Source: Eledone cirrhosa
Taxonomy: Eukaryota
Reading direction: 5' to 3'
Length of the DNA stretch: 64,000 nucleotides
NCBI GenBank assembly: GCA_964016885.1
Contig: OZ024762.1
Coordinates: forward strand, 8,060,001-8,124,000
Below are positions 13,881 to 27,690 of the stretch, in pieces (position 1 is the stretch's first letter; every line of letters starts with the position of its first letter). The notes under the pieces are model-generated. The model was given only the letters and a program-made list of their open reading frames with translations, did not search any database and was not told where the DNA came from. Position numbers and translations under genes: made by a program.

Positions 13881-14632
13881 TTAAGAAAGGCATTCAGTTA
13901 TAGAAACCATACCAAAATAGCTCAGAGTGTAATGATCCATCCGGCTCATGCCAATGTAGAAAGCAAATGTAAAATCAGTATACCATTTGTAAAGACTCTA
14001 TAGCTATTAACAATACCTCATGTCAAATCTGAGAACCTAGACCTATATAAAATATCAACATCAACCATTTATGTCCTGTACCGTTTAAAACCACATTAAC
14101 AAGACAGTCTTGAAAAGGACAATAGACTACACTGATTGCACCACATGAAAAATTCAAGCCTTTATTTTACTGAAAATCTTCTCAACAAACTGTCCACTAG
14201 TAAAGATGCTATAAACATTTGAATTAACAAACCTGTTTATAGATATTCTCTCCCGAACACCAGCACACCATTGCAGACAATATTCATACTTCACAGCAGT
14301 GTTGTAAATATAACACACTAGAAGACTATTCTCTATGGTGCCAGTTTTCAAAACTCTAAATTCTTCACTAGGCCACATGTCAACACACTTCATTTGAATT
14401 AATTAGTAAAGAATTTGGAGAGATTTATTAAATTTATCAATTACTTCATTATTTAGATGATGTCTGAAACATAAGTTCATTCTCATCATCATCATCAGTT
14501 TTTTATGTCCACCTTTTCATGCTGGCATAGGTTGGACAGGATATTTTGGGACAAACGTTTACAGATGAATGTCCTTCTTGACACCAACTCTTCTCAACGC
14601 CTCTTATGACACACAAATAAGAAAGATTTCAC

Positions 14633-15060
14633 CATCATCATCATTTTTACGTCCGCTTTTCCACGCTTGCATGGGTTGGACAGGTCCTTCTCAGCACAGC
14701 ATTCCTCCACTCGCAGTGTTCCTTCTGTGAGTCTCAGCAATTTAAGGTCAGTTCTCACCACCTCTCCCCAGGTCTTTCTTGGTCTAGCTCTATTGTGGCT
14801 TCCTTCCTCTAGGATTTCCTAGCATTTCTTCACTCATCAGTCATCATCCATGCGCATCACATGTTCACACCAATACAGTCTTCTCTCCTGCACACCACCT
14901 TAGATTCCTTTTAAACCCACCTTCTCCCTCACCTCAATCAAGCTCTGCCTTTCTCTCACAGTTACATTGCACATCCAACAAAGTATGGTTACTTCATTTC
15001 TCTCTAGTCTATGCATGTCCTCTGCAGTCACTTCCCATGTTTCACTACCATGTAGCACCA
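14633..15060 (-). mobile_element. RTE-clade LINE 3' fragment with (GAT)n tail
   Basis: Minus ORF 14900..15085 VLHGSETWEVTAEDMHRLERNE..ILCWMCNVT.RER; tail shared with SINE-B. Confidence 0.85.
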
Positions 15061-15310
15061 CATGTCCTCTGCAGTCACTTCCCATGTTTCACTACCATGT
15101 CCTCTGCAGTCACTTCCCATGTAACACCACATGTCCTCTGCAGTCACTGCCCATGTTTCACTACCATGTAGCACCACATGTCCTCTGCAGTCACTGCCCA
15201 TGTTTCACTACCATGTAACACCACATGTCCTCTGCAGTCACTGCCCATGTTTCACTACCATGTAGCACCACATGTCCTCTGCAGTCACTGCCCATGTTTC
15301 ACTACCATGC
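15015..15310. repeat. ~45-bp minisatellite grown from RTE coding sequence
   Basis: Unit catgtcctctgcagtcactgcccatgtttcactaccatgtagcacca, about 7 copies; encodes LHGSETWAVTAEDM on the minus strand. Confidence 0.85.
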
Positions 15311-15609
15311 AGCATTGAACTTCGCACACAACCCTTTTAATACCAAACCACCTGTAACCGCCATTTCTACAATACAAAATGTTTATATATATCTCAAAAC
15401 CTTCCATCCTGATTTTATGCAAGAATCATTTTATACCCCAAACACCAGCGTAATAATTAATGAGAAAGTTAGATATATTACTAAATCTCACCAAATTCTT
15501 ATTTTCGAAATGATTTGCAAATCATAGGCAGTGTCTTTCATTAGAAACATGGTAGTAAAGTGTTAAAAGGGGGTGACAGGTTTTGAGCATATTGGTCTCT
15601 CGGGAAGGT

Positions 15610-16090
15610 TACTGTATATACTCATATATAAGCGGAGAAATATGCGACCAAAAAAAAAAAGTCAATGGTGAGATTGGGGGGGTCGAGGTCATTATATATT
15701 CAAGGTCAATATTTTACCGATTTTCACGAACTTCAAAATTCTACCCTAATGAGATACTAAAATATTTTCACTTTGGAGGTGAATATTACACCAGTTTCAC
15801 ATTTGTCATGAAATTCGCATTTCCTATTGTTTTGTATATGTTCTGAATGAATATGGCCTTCAAAATGGTTGGGAATTGGTAATAAAAAAAAAATCCTTAT
15901 GTAATGTAATTGTGAAACAAAAACTACACTCTAAACATTCTAAATATCAAAATAGTAAAAACTTCATAAATATATCTTATACTCATGAGAATTTCAAAAC
16001 CACACCATCTGAACATAATGTGTTTGATTACCTGCCACAGATTATAAATGGGGTTTGGAGTTTTGCCTATTTCTCCTATATAAAATAGGG
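15610..16090 (+). mobile_element. Tc1/pogo-like non-autonomous DNA element (same family as 8453-9570)
   Basis: tactgtatatactcatatataagcggagaaatatgcgacc start; colinear shared blocks. Confidence 0.55.
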
Positions 16091-17329
16091 GGTTGTAAAT
16101 TGGTCATTTTGGTGCCACGATAAAAAGCACGCAGTCCATGCTGCAAATGTGGTTGGCGTTAGGAAGGGCAGCCATAGAAAGCAAGCCAGAAACAGTTCTG
16201 TATGAGCATGACACGGTCATCTGATCTGACTTGTCTCACAACAGGACAACTCATCAGTGAAAAAAACACTGCCCATGATTTTCAATTAATTTTGAAAACA
16301 AGGAATTTGAAAGGATTTAATAATATAACTTTCTCATTAAGCTGGTGTTTTGAAGTACAACAAAGGTTCTCATATAAAATTATGATGGAAGGTTTTAAGA
16401 TACACTTCAAAATAAGCAGCTTTGTATCAGAGAACCCAGGGGCAGTTTCAGTTGGTTTTGTATGAAAAGGGTTAATCCTTAATTATACAATAGATGTGAT
16501 AAAATAATACATACTACACGCAGTGACATTCTAATATTTTTTGTCTGAATTATAAAAAAATTTTTAATCGCATTTTTATAATTTTTTCACAAAATGAAAC
16601 AAAATCAGAAACATCTTAATTTGTTTTTTTTTAAATCTAAGACAAGAAAAGAACTAAATGCCATTTGCCAACTATCAGTCTCTTTAATTAATCAATGAAT
16701 CAATTAGAAAACTCCTGCAGCAGCTGATAGAAAAACCAAGCGTATTTCTAACAATTGTTTCCATAAAGAATACACCACCTGTTACCAATTACTGTGTCAG
16801 CTACCAAACCAAATATAGATGCAACAATTTTCCAGCACCTATGGTTCCACACTTGTTCCAAATTATCTGTTTTGACAGACTAACAAGTTATGTAAAAATA
16901 ATGGTTTCTTATTATGGCACAAGGCCAGTAATTTGAGGGAGGGGTAAAGTTGATTAAATCAACCCCTGTTCATTACTGGTACTTTATTTTATTGAACCCG
17001 TCAGGATGAATGGCAAAGCTAACCTCAGCGGGATTTGAACTCAGAACGTGAAGTTATGTAATAATAATTTCTAGTATAAGCACAAGGCCAGTAATTTGTG
17101 GGGAGGGGAAAGTCGATTAAATCGACCCTAGTTTGTTACTGGTACTTTATTTTATTGAACTCAGAACATGAAGTTATGTAATAATAATTCAAGGTATACA
17201 CCTAAACTCTTTTCCAAAAAGGCTCACTAACTACATTTTTTTCCCCTTCCTGAAAAAGATTTTTTTTCTTTTGTCTTTTTTTCTTACTTCCATCTATCAT
17301 CATCATCATCATCATCATAATAATAATTA

Positions 17330-17530
17330 TCATTGTCATCATTTTTATGTCTGTTTTTCCACACTTGCATGGGTTGGACAGGTCCTTCTCAGCACTGCAT
17401 CACTCCACCCACTGTATTCCTTCATCATCTCTGTGAGTCTCAGCGATTTGAGGTCAGCTCTCACCACCTCTGCCCAGGACTTTCTTGGTCTACCTCTACT
17501 GCAGCTTCCTTGACACTTCTTCACCCATCA
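17330..17530 (-). mobile_element. RTE LINE 3' tail
   Basis: Matches 14633-14830. Further copies at 21195-21370, 26905-27035, 40925-41140, 54845-55270, 58795-59010 and 59325-59533. Confidence 0.8.
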
Positions 17531-17804
17531 ATCACTATCTTTCTATTTATTTTTCCCTCTCTCTCATTCTATCTTCCAATGAATGACTAGCATCTGCAAC
17601 ATTAAGACTCTTTACTATATCAAGTGTTAGATTAATATATATCATCATTGTACTGTAGTAGTGTTCTTCTCTCTTGTTTTTCCTTATACATAAATATTCT
17701 GAGAAGACTAGCTCCACATTATGAATAACCTTTTCAGCTTCTCAACTATAATGATATAAAAGTACAAATGTTTTGACAGTTGCACAATGTTTGTAAACAT
17801 ATGT

Positions 17805-18375
17805 CTACCCAATTAACTTACAAAACATTGGTCAACCCAAGGGTGTGTTTGTAAGCCATAATATCTACCCAATTCAATTAAAAAACATTGGTCAACCCAA
17901 GGGTGTGTTTGTAAGCCATAATATCTACCCAATTAACTTACAAAACATTGGTCAACCCAATGGTGTGTTTGTAAGCCATAATATCTACCCAATTCAATTA
18001 CAAAACATTGGTCAACCCAAGGGTGTGTTTGTAAGCCATAATATCTACCCAATTAACTTACAAGGCATTGGTCAGCCCAAGGGTGAGTTTGTAAGCTTTA
18101 ATATCTACCCAATTCAATTACAAAACATTGGTCAACCCAAGGGTGTGTTTGTAAGCCATAATATCTACCCAATTAACTTACAAAACATTGGTCAACCCAA
18201 TGGTGTGTTTGTAAGCCATAATATCTACCCAATTCAATTACAAAACATTAGTCAGTCCAAGGGTGCGTTTGTAAGCCATAATATCTACCCAATTAACTTA
18301 CAAGGCATTGGTCAGCCCAAGGGTGAGTTTGTAAGCTTTAATATCTACCCAAGGCATTGGTCAGTCCAAGGGTGT
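17805..18375. repeat. 60-bp minisatellite with 120/240-bp higher-order structure
   Basis: Exact 60-bp period; alternating aattcaatta/aattaactta; variant units recur at a 240-bp interval. Confidence 0.92.
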
Positions 18376-18544
18376 GCCACACAGTGACCATGTGATTAAG
18401 AAGCAAACTTTCTTCCCCACATAACCGTACCTGCATCACTAATTTTCCCTGAGTTGATTTACAGACTTTAGATTTTATTACCTTCAGCATTCCACGGATC
18501 CCATTTATGAATATTGATTATGAATGAGTGCAGTGACCCTCAAT

Positions 18545-18966
18545 CAGGGGACCCCAAACTTTTTAGATTGACCTCTTCATGGAATCCTTAATCCCTCATC
18601 AACTCAAGGCAGGTACAAAAAGATAAATCAATAATCAAATATAAATGTATACACATACACCCACACAATCTTAGAAGGGTCTCTGTTCTCTATAGTTTGT
18701 CACACACCCCTCCTTCCTCCGTCATCACATGGATATTTCCTTCATTACATGACAACAAATATATAAACACACATTGGCTATTATTATAGTTGATAATTAA
18801 AAATGTGTTCCAGCAAGTTGTATTTTATGTATTTTCATTATACAAATAAATGCCGGCATTCAACCCCAAAAGTTCAATTGACTCCTAGCGTTTATTTACC
18901 CTCTTTTGACCCCCAGGCACTTATCAATGTCTAGAAGAGTCACATCAACCACTTTGGAGACCCCTG
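18545..18966. mobile_element. hAT-type MITE
   Basis: TIRs caggggaccccaaa / tttggagacccctg; 8-bp flanks ccctcaat / tcctaaat. Confidence 0.65.
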
Positions 18967-19207
18967 TCCTAAATAGCCCCAAGATATAAATAGCAGTTAA
19001 ATTTCTTTCATCACACTACCTAACAGCTTTCCAAACTGGGCATCTCCGAAGTTTAGTGTATGATTGATACTCTTTAAGTATGCCATGAAATTAACCAGTT
19101 TAGTACCGGGGTCCATTTAATCGACTTTCCTCTTCCCCACAAATTGCTGGCTTTGTCTCAATTTTAGGAAGAATTATTAAGTTGAAAGTTAGCTATTTCA
19201 CTAAGTA

Positions 19208-19517
19208 CAGTGGTTCTTAACCTTTTTCTATCATGGCACCCCTTGGTATTTTGAAATTCCATTCAGCACCCCTAGGGCTAGCACATAAGATAAAAGAATT
19301 TTAAATTTCAGGTCAAATTATCAGCTACTTAGCTGCTACTATTTAATTAATTAACTACAATGATTAATATATACAAATCTTTGAAAATAAAAGAAAATAT
19401 CCAATCAAAATAGAAGTAAAATGAAAAAGAATTGTTTTTCTGGACCCCTCCTTGCACTCCCAAGAACTGAATCTCGCACCATTTGGGGCTGCCGGCACCC
19501 CAGGTTAAGAACTACCG
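19208..19517. mobile_element. hAT (Charlie-like) MITE
   Basis: TIRs cagtggttcttaacct / aggttaagaactaccg. Confidence 0.7.
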
Positions 19518-19824
19518 CTCTAGTAATTCTTGATTATTTAGTTAATTAAAAACACAAAGGCAATAAAAATTCTTTTTTAAAAATAGCTACAACAACAAAC
19601 TGAATGATAGGTTACACTCCTTGAACATCTCAGAGTTGTTCTCTTCTTCCTGTACTGAGACATTTCTAATAGATGTCAAATGATGCTAACCTAGTCCACC
19701 ATCCCACTACACTGACATCACATCACTAAATATAGAACAATATCACAACTAAATTATGACTTTATATGAACAATATCACCACTAAATTATTACTTTATTT
19801 GATCTATCTCCGACCTAGTGACAG

Positions 19825-20388
19825 TGTGTGGCTTAGTGGTTAGAGAATTGGATTTACAATCGTGAGGTTGCAAGTTCGATTCGCTGACTTAAGAAGGGTA
19901 TCTGGTTGTAAAAAATATTGCCTGAAAACATCCTGTCCAACCCATGCCAGCATTGAAAAGTGGTTGTAAAAAACTACGATGAATAAAATAAAAAATAAAA
20001 AACCATGATATAGTCAAAATAATTTTCACTGCTTTGTTTTTGTTCACAATATGTGTATATTGATATTTTATTATATTATTATTATTATGTAAAGGCCTGT
20101 GGTTGAGTGGCTAGAGAATTGGATTAGCAATCAAGTGCTATGTCCTTGAGTAAGATACTAAATTTACCAAAACACTCAGTCCACACTGTAAAGTAGTCAT
20201 GTAGGTGTGTCACAATAAAAAGCACCCAGTACACACTGTAAATATAGTTGGCATTAGGAAGGGCATCCAGCCATAGAAATCAGGCCAGAAACAGTTCTGT
20301 ATGAGCAAGATATGGTCATCTAATCCGACTTGTCTAACCCATGCTAGCATGGGAAAATGGACGTTAAATTGTGATGACGATGATGATT
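19825..20388 (+). mobile_element. Two degenerate SINE-B-related copies (19825-19980 and 20095-20388)
   Basis: tggcttagtggttaga heads, aggaagggcatccagc block and RTE-like tails. Confidence 0.65.
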
Positions 20389-20690
20389 TCTATTGTAATT
20401 ACTTAACGAAGAAATAAAGAAAGATTTACTAGTTATAATTTCATTGTTTGTAAAATAACAATGTTTTTATAAAATAACATTGGCAGGTTTTAATTTAAGT
20501 AAGGACCCTTTAAAATCGATGGTTTTGTTCAAAAGAAATAGGGGCAGTTCTGGGTGAGATTTGAATTCAGAACATAAAACAATGTAACTAAATGCCACAA
20601 AGCATTTTGTCTGATGTTCTAACAACACTGCCAATATAAAAATAATGGTTAGCAAGGACAACAATTTTGAGAGAGAGGAAAGTCGATTAA

Positions 20691-20910
20691 CCCTTTAGCA
20701 TTTAAACCGGCCATATCCAGCCAGAATTCTCTCACCTCTTTCTGTTCAAACCAGCTGTAACCAGCCACTCATACCGACGTTAAGGTAGTTCTCAAAGTAA
20801 GCAATATCAAAATCATAGATTCAATGTTATGTGAGATAATTATGTGAGGTAAAAAAGCCTTTACTGTCAAAATACAATAGTATATATAGACTAATCCAAA
20901 TGCTAAAGAG
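20691..20910. mobile_element. Complete 220-bp piggyBac-type MITE family C inserted into a minus-strand SINE-A
   Basis: agtcgaTTAA[ccctttagcattta...aaatgctaaagag]TTAAgtcaacccc: a TTAA duplication inside SINE sequence gtcgattaaatcgacccc. Confidence 0.88.
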
Positions 20911-21520
20911 TTAAGTCAACCCCAGTGTGTTACTGGTACTTTATTTTATCGACCATGCAATGGCAAAGCCAACTTTAGTCAGATTGGATCTCAGAATGTA
21001 AAGGGCTGTAACTATATGCTGCAAAACATGTTTTATGACACCCTACCGATACTGCCAATCTGCTGCCCTATAATAATGGTTTCTGATTTAGGCACAAGGC
21101 CAACAATTTGGAGGAGGGGAAAGTCAATTAAATTGCCTCCAATTTGTTACTGGTACTTTATTTTATCAATCCCATAAAGATGAAAAGCAAAGTCGCAGTA
21201 GAGGTAGACCACATAAAACATGGACGGAGGTGGTGAGAGCAGACCTCAGATCGCTGAAACTCACCGAGGAGATGACGAAGGACCGTGACAAGTGGAGAGA
21301 TGCTGTGCTGAATAGGACCCGTCCAACCCTTGCAAGCAGGGAAAGCGGATGTAAAATGATGATGATGATGATAAAGGGCCGTACCTATATGTTGTGAAGC
21401 ATATTGTCCAACGCTCTACTGATACTACCCTATAATAATAAGATAGTGAGGTGGACGGTTACAGTTGATTTTACAGTCATTAACTCAGATGTTACAAAGC
21501 AGAAGAGATGACCAATAATA

Positions 21521-22011
21521 TTAACCCTTTTGATACCAAACTGCTTGGAACTGACCTCTTTCTGTATGATTAAACACCTCTTACAACTTTTCCAATTTTT
21601 AAAAACTATTTTCAAAATTATTTGAAATTCATAAGGGTTAAACATAGGTAATGTCTTTCATTAGAAATATGGTAATGAAATGGTTACACATAAGCTGTGT
21701 CTTTCGTTATAAATATGGCAATGAAAGGGTTAATCATAGACAGTGCCCTTCATTAGAAATATGGTAATAAAAGGGTTAATCATAGGCAGTGTCCTTCATT
21801 AGAAATATGGTAATGAAAGGGTTAATCATAGGCAGTGTATTTCCTTAGAAATATGGTAATGAAATGGTTAAACATAAGCAGTGTCTTTAATTAGAAATAA
21901 TGCAATGAAAAGGTTAAACATAGGTGGATTCTTTCATTAGAAATATGGTAATGAAACGGTTAATGACATTAGTGGTGCCTTTCATTAGAAATATGGTAAT
22001 GAAAGGGTTAA
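21521..22011. mobile_element. MITE family D whose terminal ~45 bp is tandemly amplified about 8 times
   Basis: Repeated cataggcagtgtctttcattagaaatatggtaatgaaagggTTAA at 21640-22011. Confidence 0.8.
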
Positions 22012-22761
22012 ATGTGTTACGAAAACAGCAGCACCTAATGAGTCCTCCCAAAGTAGTTAAGGCATACATACATATGAGTGTGTGTATACACATGCATGTA
22101 TGTGAATATGTTTGCTATCTACCAAATCTCATTTACAGACATATAATGCATATGGATGATGGCAGCTAGTGGAAGAGGAAGACCAAGGAAGGACTTCAGT
22201 AGACCTGTGAATGCTGAACTCAGAATGGAAATAAGGGATGAGGGCAGGTGGAGGAACGCTATACTCATCCAATCCATGCAAACATGAAAATAATGGATAT
22301 GATGATGTGGAGGGGACAGAAAAGGAAGAAAGTGAATTAGTGCAAGATAAAAACAGTCATATACACACACAATAGAAGTATAGATAAATGTATATATGAT
22401 ATGTTTATCTATAATAAACATATATAAGTCTTGTTACATGTTTTAAGCTGTTGTCTGTCACATATATCTCAGTGGCTGTTTAAGAATGCCAAATGCTAGC
22501 ATTTCAGAATATTTATCCATCATCAGTAATGTTTACTCCCTCAGTACAGAGACAAGCTATAGCTTATATGTTTCACATATAAAACATCTGCTGGAGTGTG
22601 ACACATAATTCAAAATATCAGTTGTATTAATCTATACGACACCAAACCGCTCAAAACTGGCTCTGGTTTTATGAAACAACCACCCTTTAAAGAGTTCCTA
22701 TTCAAATTAAAATCTTCCAACATAATTTTATATAAGAACTAAACATAGTGGCCTTGTTTAA

Positions 22762-23391
22762 CCCTTTAGAATTTAAACCAGCTATATCCGGCGAGAATTC
22801 TCACCTGTTTCTGTTCAAACCGGCTGTAACAGCCACTCATGCTGATGTAAAGGTATTGTTCTCAAAATAAATAATTGTTTCTACTTTTGGCACAAGGCCA
22901 GCAATTACCCAGTACATTACTGGTACTTTATTTTATCGACCCCGTAAGGATCAAAGGCAAAGTTAACCTCGGCGGGATTTGAACTCAGACCGTAAAGGGA
23001 CGTAACTATGCTAGAAAGCATGGCGTCCAACCCTCTACCGATACTGCTCATAGATTCAATATTATGTGAGATAATTATGTGAGGTAAAGTCTTTATTGTG
23101 AAAATGTTGTTGTTAGGAAGGGCATCCAGCTGTAGAAAACCCGCCAGACAGTCCACGCTGTAATGTGGCCATGTAGGCAACACGGTAAAAACCTCCCAGC
23201 CCCACACTGTAAATGTGGTTGGTGTTAGGAAGGGCATCCAGCTGTAGAAAACTCGCCAGACAGTCCTATGCGAGCAAGACAACCACTCTTGCCTCAAGTG
23301 GGAAAACCCCCGTCCAAACCCATGCAAGCGTGGAACAGGGACGTTAAACGATGATGATGATGATGATGAGAGTAATATAAATGCTAAAGGG
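22762..23391. mobile_element. MITE family C with nested SINE-A (22873-23047, -) and SINE-B-like 3' part (~23107-23370, +)
   Basis: TTAA at both ends, matching TIRs, and MITE internal sequence resumes after each insert. Confidence 0.85.
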
Positions 23392-23849
23392 TTAACTATA
23401 GTGGATAACAGCAACTAGTAAGACATGATAGAGAGAAACTGGACAGGACTAAAAGGAATCATATGTTGCATGTAAAAGAGAAGGCTGCTGGTACAGACAT
23501 GTTATGCTGGTGATGAATCTGACAGATACAGTTACAATCCAGCATTATTTCTACAGTATTGATTCTCACACACACAATGTTTACCATATGCACACACAAA
23601 GTATATCACATTCACACCACACACACACATACACAATGTATATCACTCGTACACAAACAATGTACACATACACATACTAACCACATTCACACACAATATA
23701 TACCATACTCACACACACACAATGTAACACATACACATACTAACAATTGTGAATGCCACACAAGTTACCTTTCGTCTAATAACTAAATTATGCATGTACG
23801 ATATTTCTGATGAAAACCTCCAGAGCTTTTAAACAAACAGTGGCAATAC

Positions 23850-24432
23850 ACACACTATCACAGTAGACACACACACACACACACACACTATCACAGTAGA
23901 CACACACACACACACACACTATCACAGTAGGCACACACACACACATATACATTATCACCAGTAGGCATGCACATACACACACACACACACACACACTATC
24001 ACAGTAGACACACACACACTATCACAGTAGACGTACACACACACACTATCACAGTAGGCACACATACACACATATACATTATCACCAGTAGGCATGCACA
24101 TACACACACACACACACACACATACTATCACAGTAGACGTACACACACACACTATCACAGTAGGCACACACACACACACTATCACAGTAGGCACACACAC
24201 ACATATACATTATCACCAGTAGGCATGCACATACACACACACACACACACACACACTATCACAGTAGGTGCACACATACACTATGACAGTAGATGCACAC
24301 ACACTATCACAGTAGACACACACACACTATCACAGTAGACACACACACACTATCATAGTAGACGTACACACACACACACACACACTATCACAGTAGGCAC
24401 ACACTCACATATACATTATCACCAGTAGGCAT

Positions 24433-24470
<38 letters not shown>

Positions 24471-25460
24471 TCACAGTAGGTGCACACATACACTATGACA
24501 GTAGATGCACACACACTATCACAGTAGACACACACACATTATCACAGTAGACACACACACATTATCACAGTAGACACACACACACTATCACAGTAGACGT
24601 ACACACACACTATCACAGTAGACACACACACATTATCACAGTAGACACACACACATTACCACAGTAGACATACACACACACACTATCACAGTAGACGTAC
24701 ACACACTATCACAGTAGACACACACACTACCACAGTATACATACACACACACACTATCACAGTAGACATACACACACACACTATCACAGTAGACGCACAC
24801 ACACAATCACAGTAGACGTACGCACACACACTATCACAGTAGACGTACACACACACTACCACAGTAGACATACACACACACACTATCACAGTAGACACAC
24901 ACACACACTACCACAGTAGACGTACACACACTATCACAGTAGACATACACACACACACTACCACAGTAGACGTACACACACACACTATCACAGTAGACAT
25001 ACACACACACACACACTACCACAGTAGACATACACACACACTATCACAGTAGACATACACACACACTACCACAGTAGACGTACACACACTATCACAGTAG
25101 ACATACACACACACACTACCACAGTAGACATACACACACACACTACCACAGTAGACATACACACACACACTACCACAGTAGACATACACACACACACTAC
25201 CACAGTAGACATACACACACACACACTACCACAGTAGACATACACACACACACACTACCACAGTAGACATACACACACACACTACCACAGTAGACATACA
25301 CACACACACACTACCACAGTAGACATACACACACACTATCACAATAGACATACACACACACTATCACAGTAGGCACACAGATACACATACATTATCACCA
25401 GTAGGCACACACACACACACACACACTATCACCAGTAAGCACACACACACACACACACCA
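23850..25460. repeat. Compound minisatellite ctatcacagtaga(ca)n
   Basis: Many units with a constant core and variable CA tract; the ctaccacag variant spreads in the 3' half. Confidence 0.92.
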
Positions 25461-25724
25461 GTATGTGGTGCTACATTATTAAAATATAATATTCACAACA
25501 ACTATATACTTGAGTAAAAGAAATCAGTCCATTTTTCATGAAAACAATTATGGTTTCCTTTATCAGTCAGACAGTCCAAAGACATTTGGGATGATATGGA
25601 CAAAACAGAGCACAGAGAAGGGGTCACAGCAAGTATAGGAAAGGGGACATCAACAAAGGGGAAAACAGATATAACAAAAACTGTTATTAGTCATGATAAC
25701 AATAACAAATGTCCCCCAATACTG

Positions 25725-26060
25725 AGGATGGCTCAGATCATTAATCAGTATTCACCGAGGATGAAGAACTCAAGAGCTGCACGGGAACCTCCCTAAAGTC
25801 AGCTCGAAAGTGACACGGAGAAGACTGAGGTTAGCTGGACATGCTCATCGACATTCAGAGTTGACACAGCACTCAGTGGTCCTGTGGGAGCCCCTACACA
25901 GACACACTAGAAGAGGGAGATTGAGGTTGACATATATTGATGCTCTAAGGACAGACGCTGGTCTGTTGGCGACGCAGGACATGGCAGCGATAATGAGGGA
26001 CAGAGACCACTGGAGAGAACTCGTCCATGGATCTTGTGAATTTTACCCACCCGAGATAGA
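25725..26060 (+). mobile_element. RTE/RTE-X-like LINE 3' fragment; degraded and inverted second piece to ~26305
   Basis: ORF 25810..26070 RRLRLAGHAHRHSEL...VLWEP..H.RRGR.RLTYID.L..D...MRDR.HW; sister copy at 56000-56380. Confidence 0.85.
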
Positions 26061-26529
26061 TAGCTGTTAACATTTGCAATATTATACTTAAAGAAAGGTT
26101 TTAATTTAAAATGTGATGCTACCATAGTACTGTTTTGTATTTCAAAAATGTCTCTGCGTTGTCCAGAGAATGTCACTGGTCTCTGCGTTGTCCAGAGAAT
26201 GTCACTGGTCTCTGGGCAACGCAGGACATAATGGTGATGATGAAGAACAAAGGCTGCTGGAGAGAACTCGTCTATTGATCTCAGGAATTTTACCCGCCCC
26301 AGATAGAGATGTGCCCCAATATGGTGGGGGGCTGCACTTTAGGGTAATTCCAGGGACCCCACCTCCACAAAAACCTGGATTATTATTCTTGCAGGAATCA
26401 AAACAATCCTTGACCACTTTCTTCCTTTTTTCTTCTTTGCCCACTTATTCCTGGGAGGGTCATGGGGGAAGAGTTTTCAATCACTCCTTCCAGAGGGTCC
26501 TGTTAGAAGCAATTGTTTCCAATAGATCC

Positions 26530-26601
<72 letters not shown>

Positions 26602-26715
26602 ATCACTACTGATTTTGTTTCTTCATAACTTTCTTCATAACACATTTTTTTTAAAAGAAATTTTACGGAGATAGATATACGTCTTGCAAGATGCAGATTA
26701 CGATTGGAATGAAAG

Positions 26716-26753
<38 letters not shown>

Positions 26754-27006
26754 AAGAGTTTAGATGAGTTGATAAAACAACCATATAAAGGCAAAGAAAG
26801 ATTATTATAACAGGAATGGAATATTCCAGTTATTTTTAACAAAACGATTGTCAATCATCATCATCATCATTTTATGTCCGCTTTTCCCTACTTGCAAGGG
26901 TCAATTAAACACACCGAGGTGATGACAAAGGACCGTGACAAGTGGAGAGATGCTGTGCTGAATAGAACCCGTCCAACCCTTGCAAGCAGGGAAAAGCGGA
27001 CATAAA

Positions 27007-27038
<32 letters not shown>

Positions 27039-27049
27039 AATATATATAT

Positions 27050-27374
27050 ATAGTTGTTCCCCGGTATATCCAGGGGTTACGCTCCTAGAGCACCCGCGAA
27101 TATTGAATGTGGTCCATAAAAATGGCTATAAATGTCAAAACAATGTAAAATATAGGCCAGCAAATACAGTAAATTGTTACTAATAATTAAGAGTTAAAAA
27201 GCGGGAAAAAAACTATATATTGCCACGAAAAAAGCCATTAAAAAATCGTGGAAGATATTTACGATTCCGGTAATATGTGGTGGTTTCCACAATTATTAGT
27301 TAGGTTCTAAGGAAAATTCCATGAATAATCGGAACCGGGAATGTAAGGACCACGAATGCCAGGAGTACACTGTG
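27050..27374. mobile_element. Tigger/pogo-like MITE (degenerate)
   Basis: TA-flanked; ttccccggtatatccaggggttacgctcc..acccgcgaat start and gaatgccaggagtacactg end. Confidence 0.5.
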
Positions 27375-27409
27375 TATATATATATATACATACATATATA
27401 TATATATAT

Positions 27410-27690
27410 GGAGGCACATGGCTAGGTGGTTAGAGCATTGGGCTTGCAATTGAAAGGTTGTGAGTTCAATTCTCAGACCGGGTGATGTGTTGTTTCCTTG
27501 AGCAAGACACTTTATTTCACATTGCTCCAGTTTACTCAGCTGTAGGAATGAGATGATAGGGGCTGGGGTCCCTATCATTCCACTGCAAAGTGGTCGTGGA
27601 GGTGCCACGGCAAAATAGCACCCAGCACTCAATGTAAATGAGGTTGGTGTTAGGAAGGGCATCCAGCTGTAGAAATTAAGCCAGAATCAT
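27410..27690 (+). mobile_element. SINE family B lacking the 3' tail
   Basis: Near-identical to 11440-11720. Confidence 0.88.

Noticed and set aside
14154-14393. 79-aa ORF in unique sequence
   Set aside because: No recognisable domain and no clear splice boundaries.
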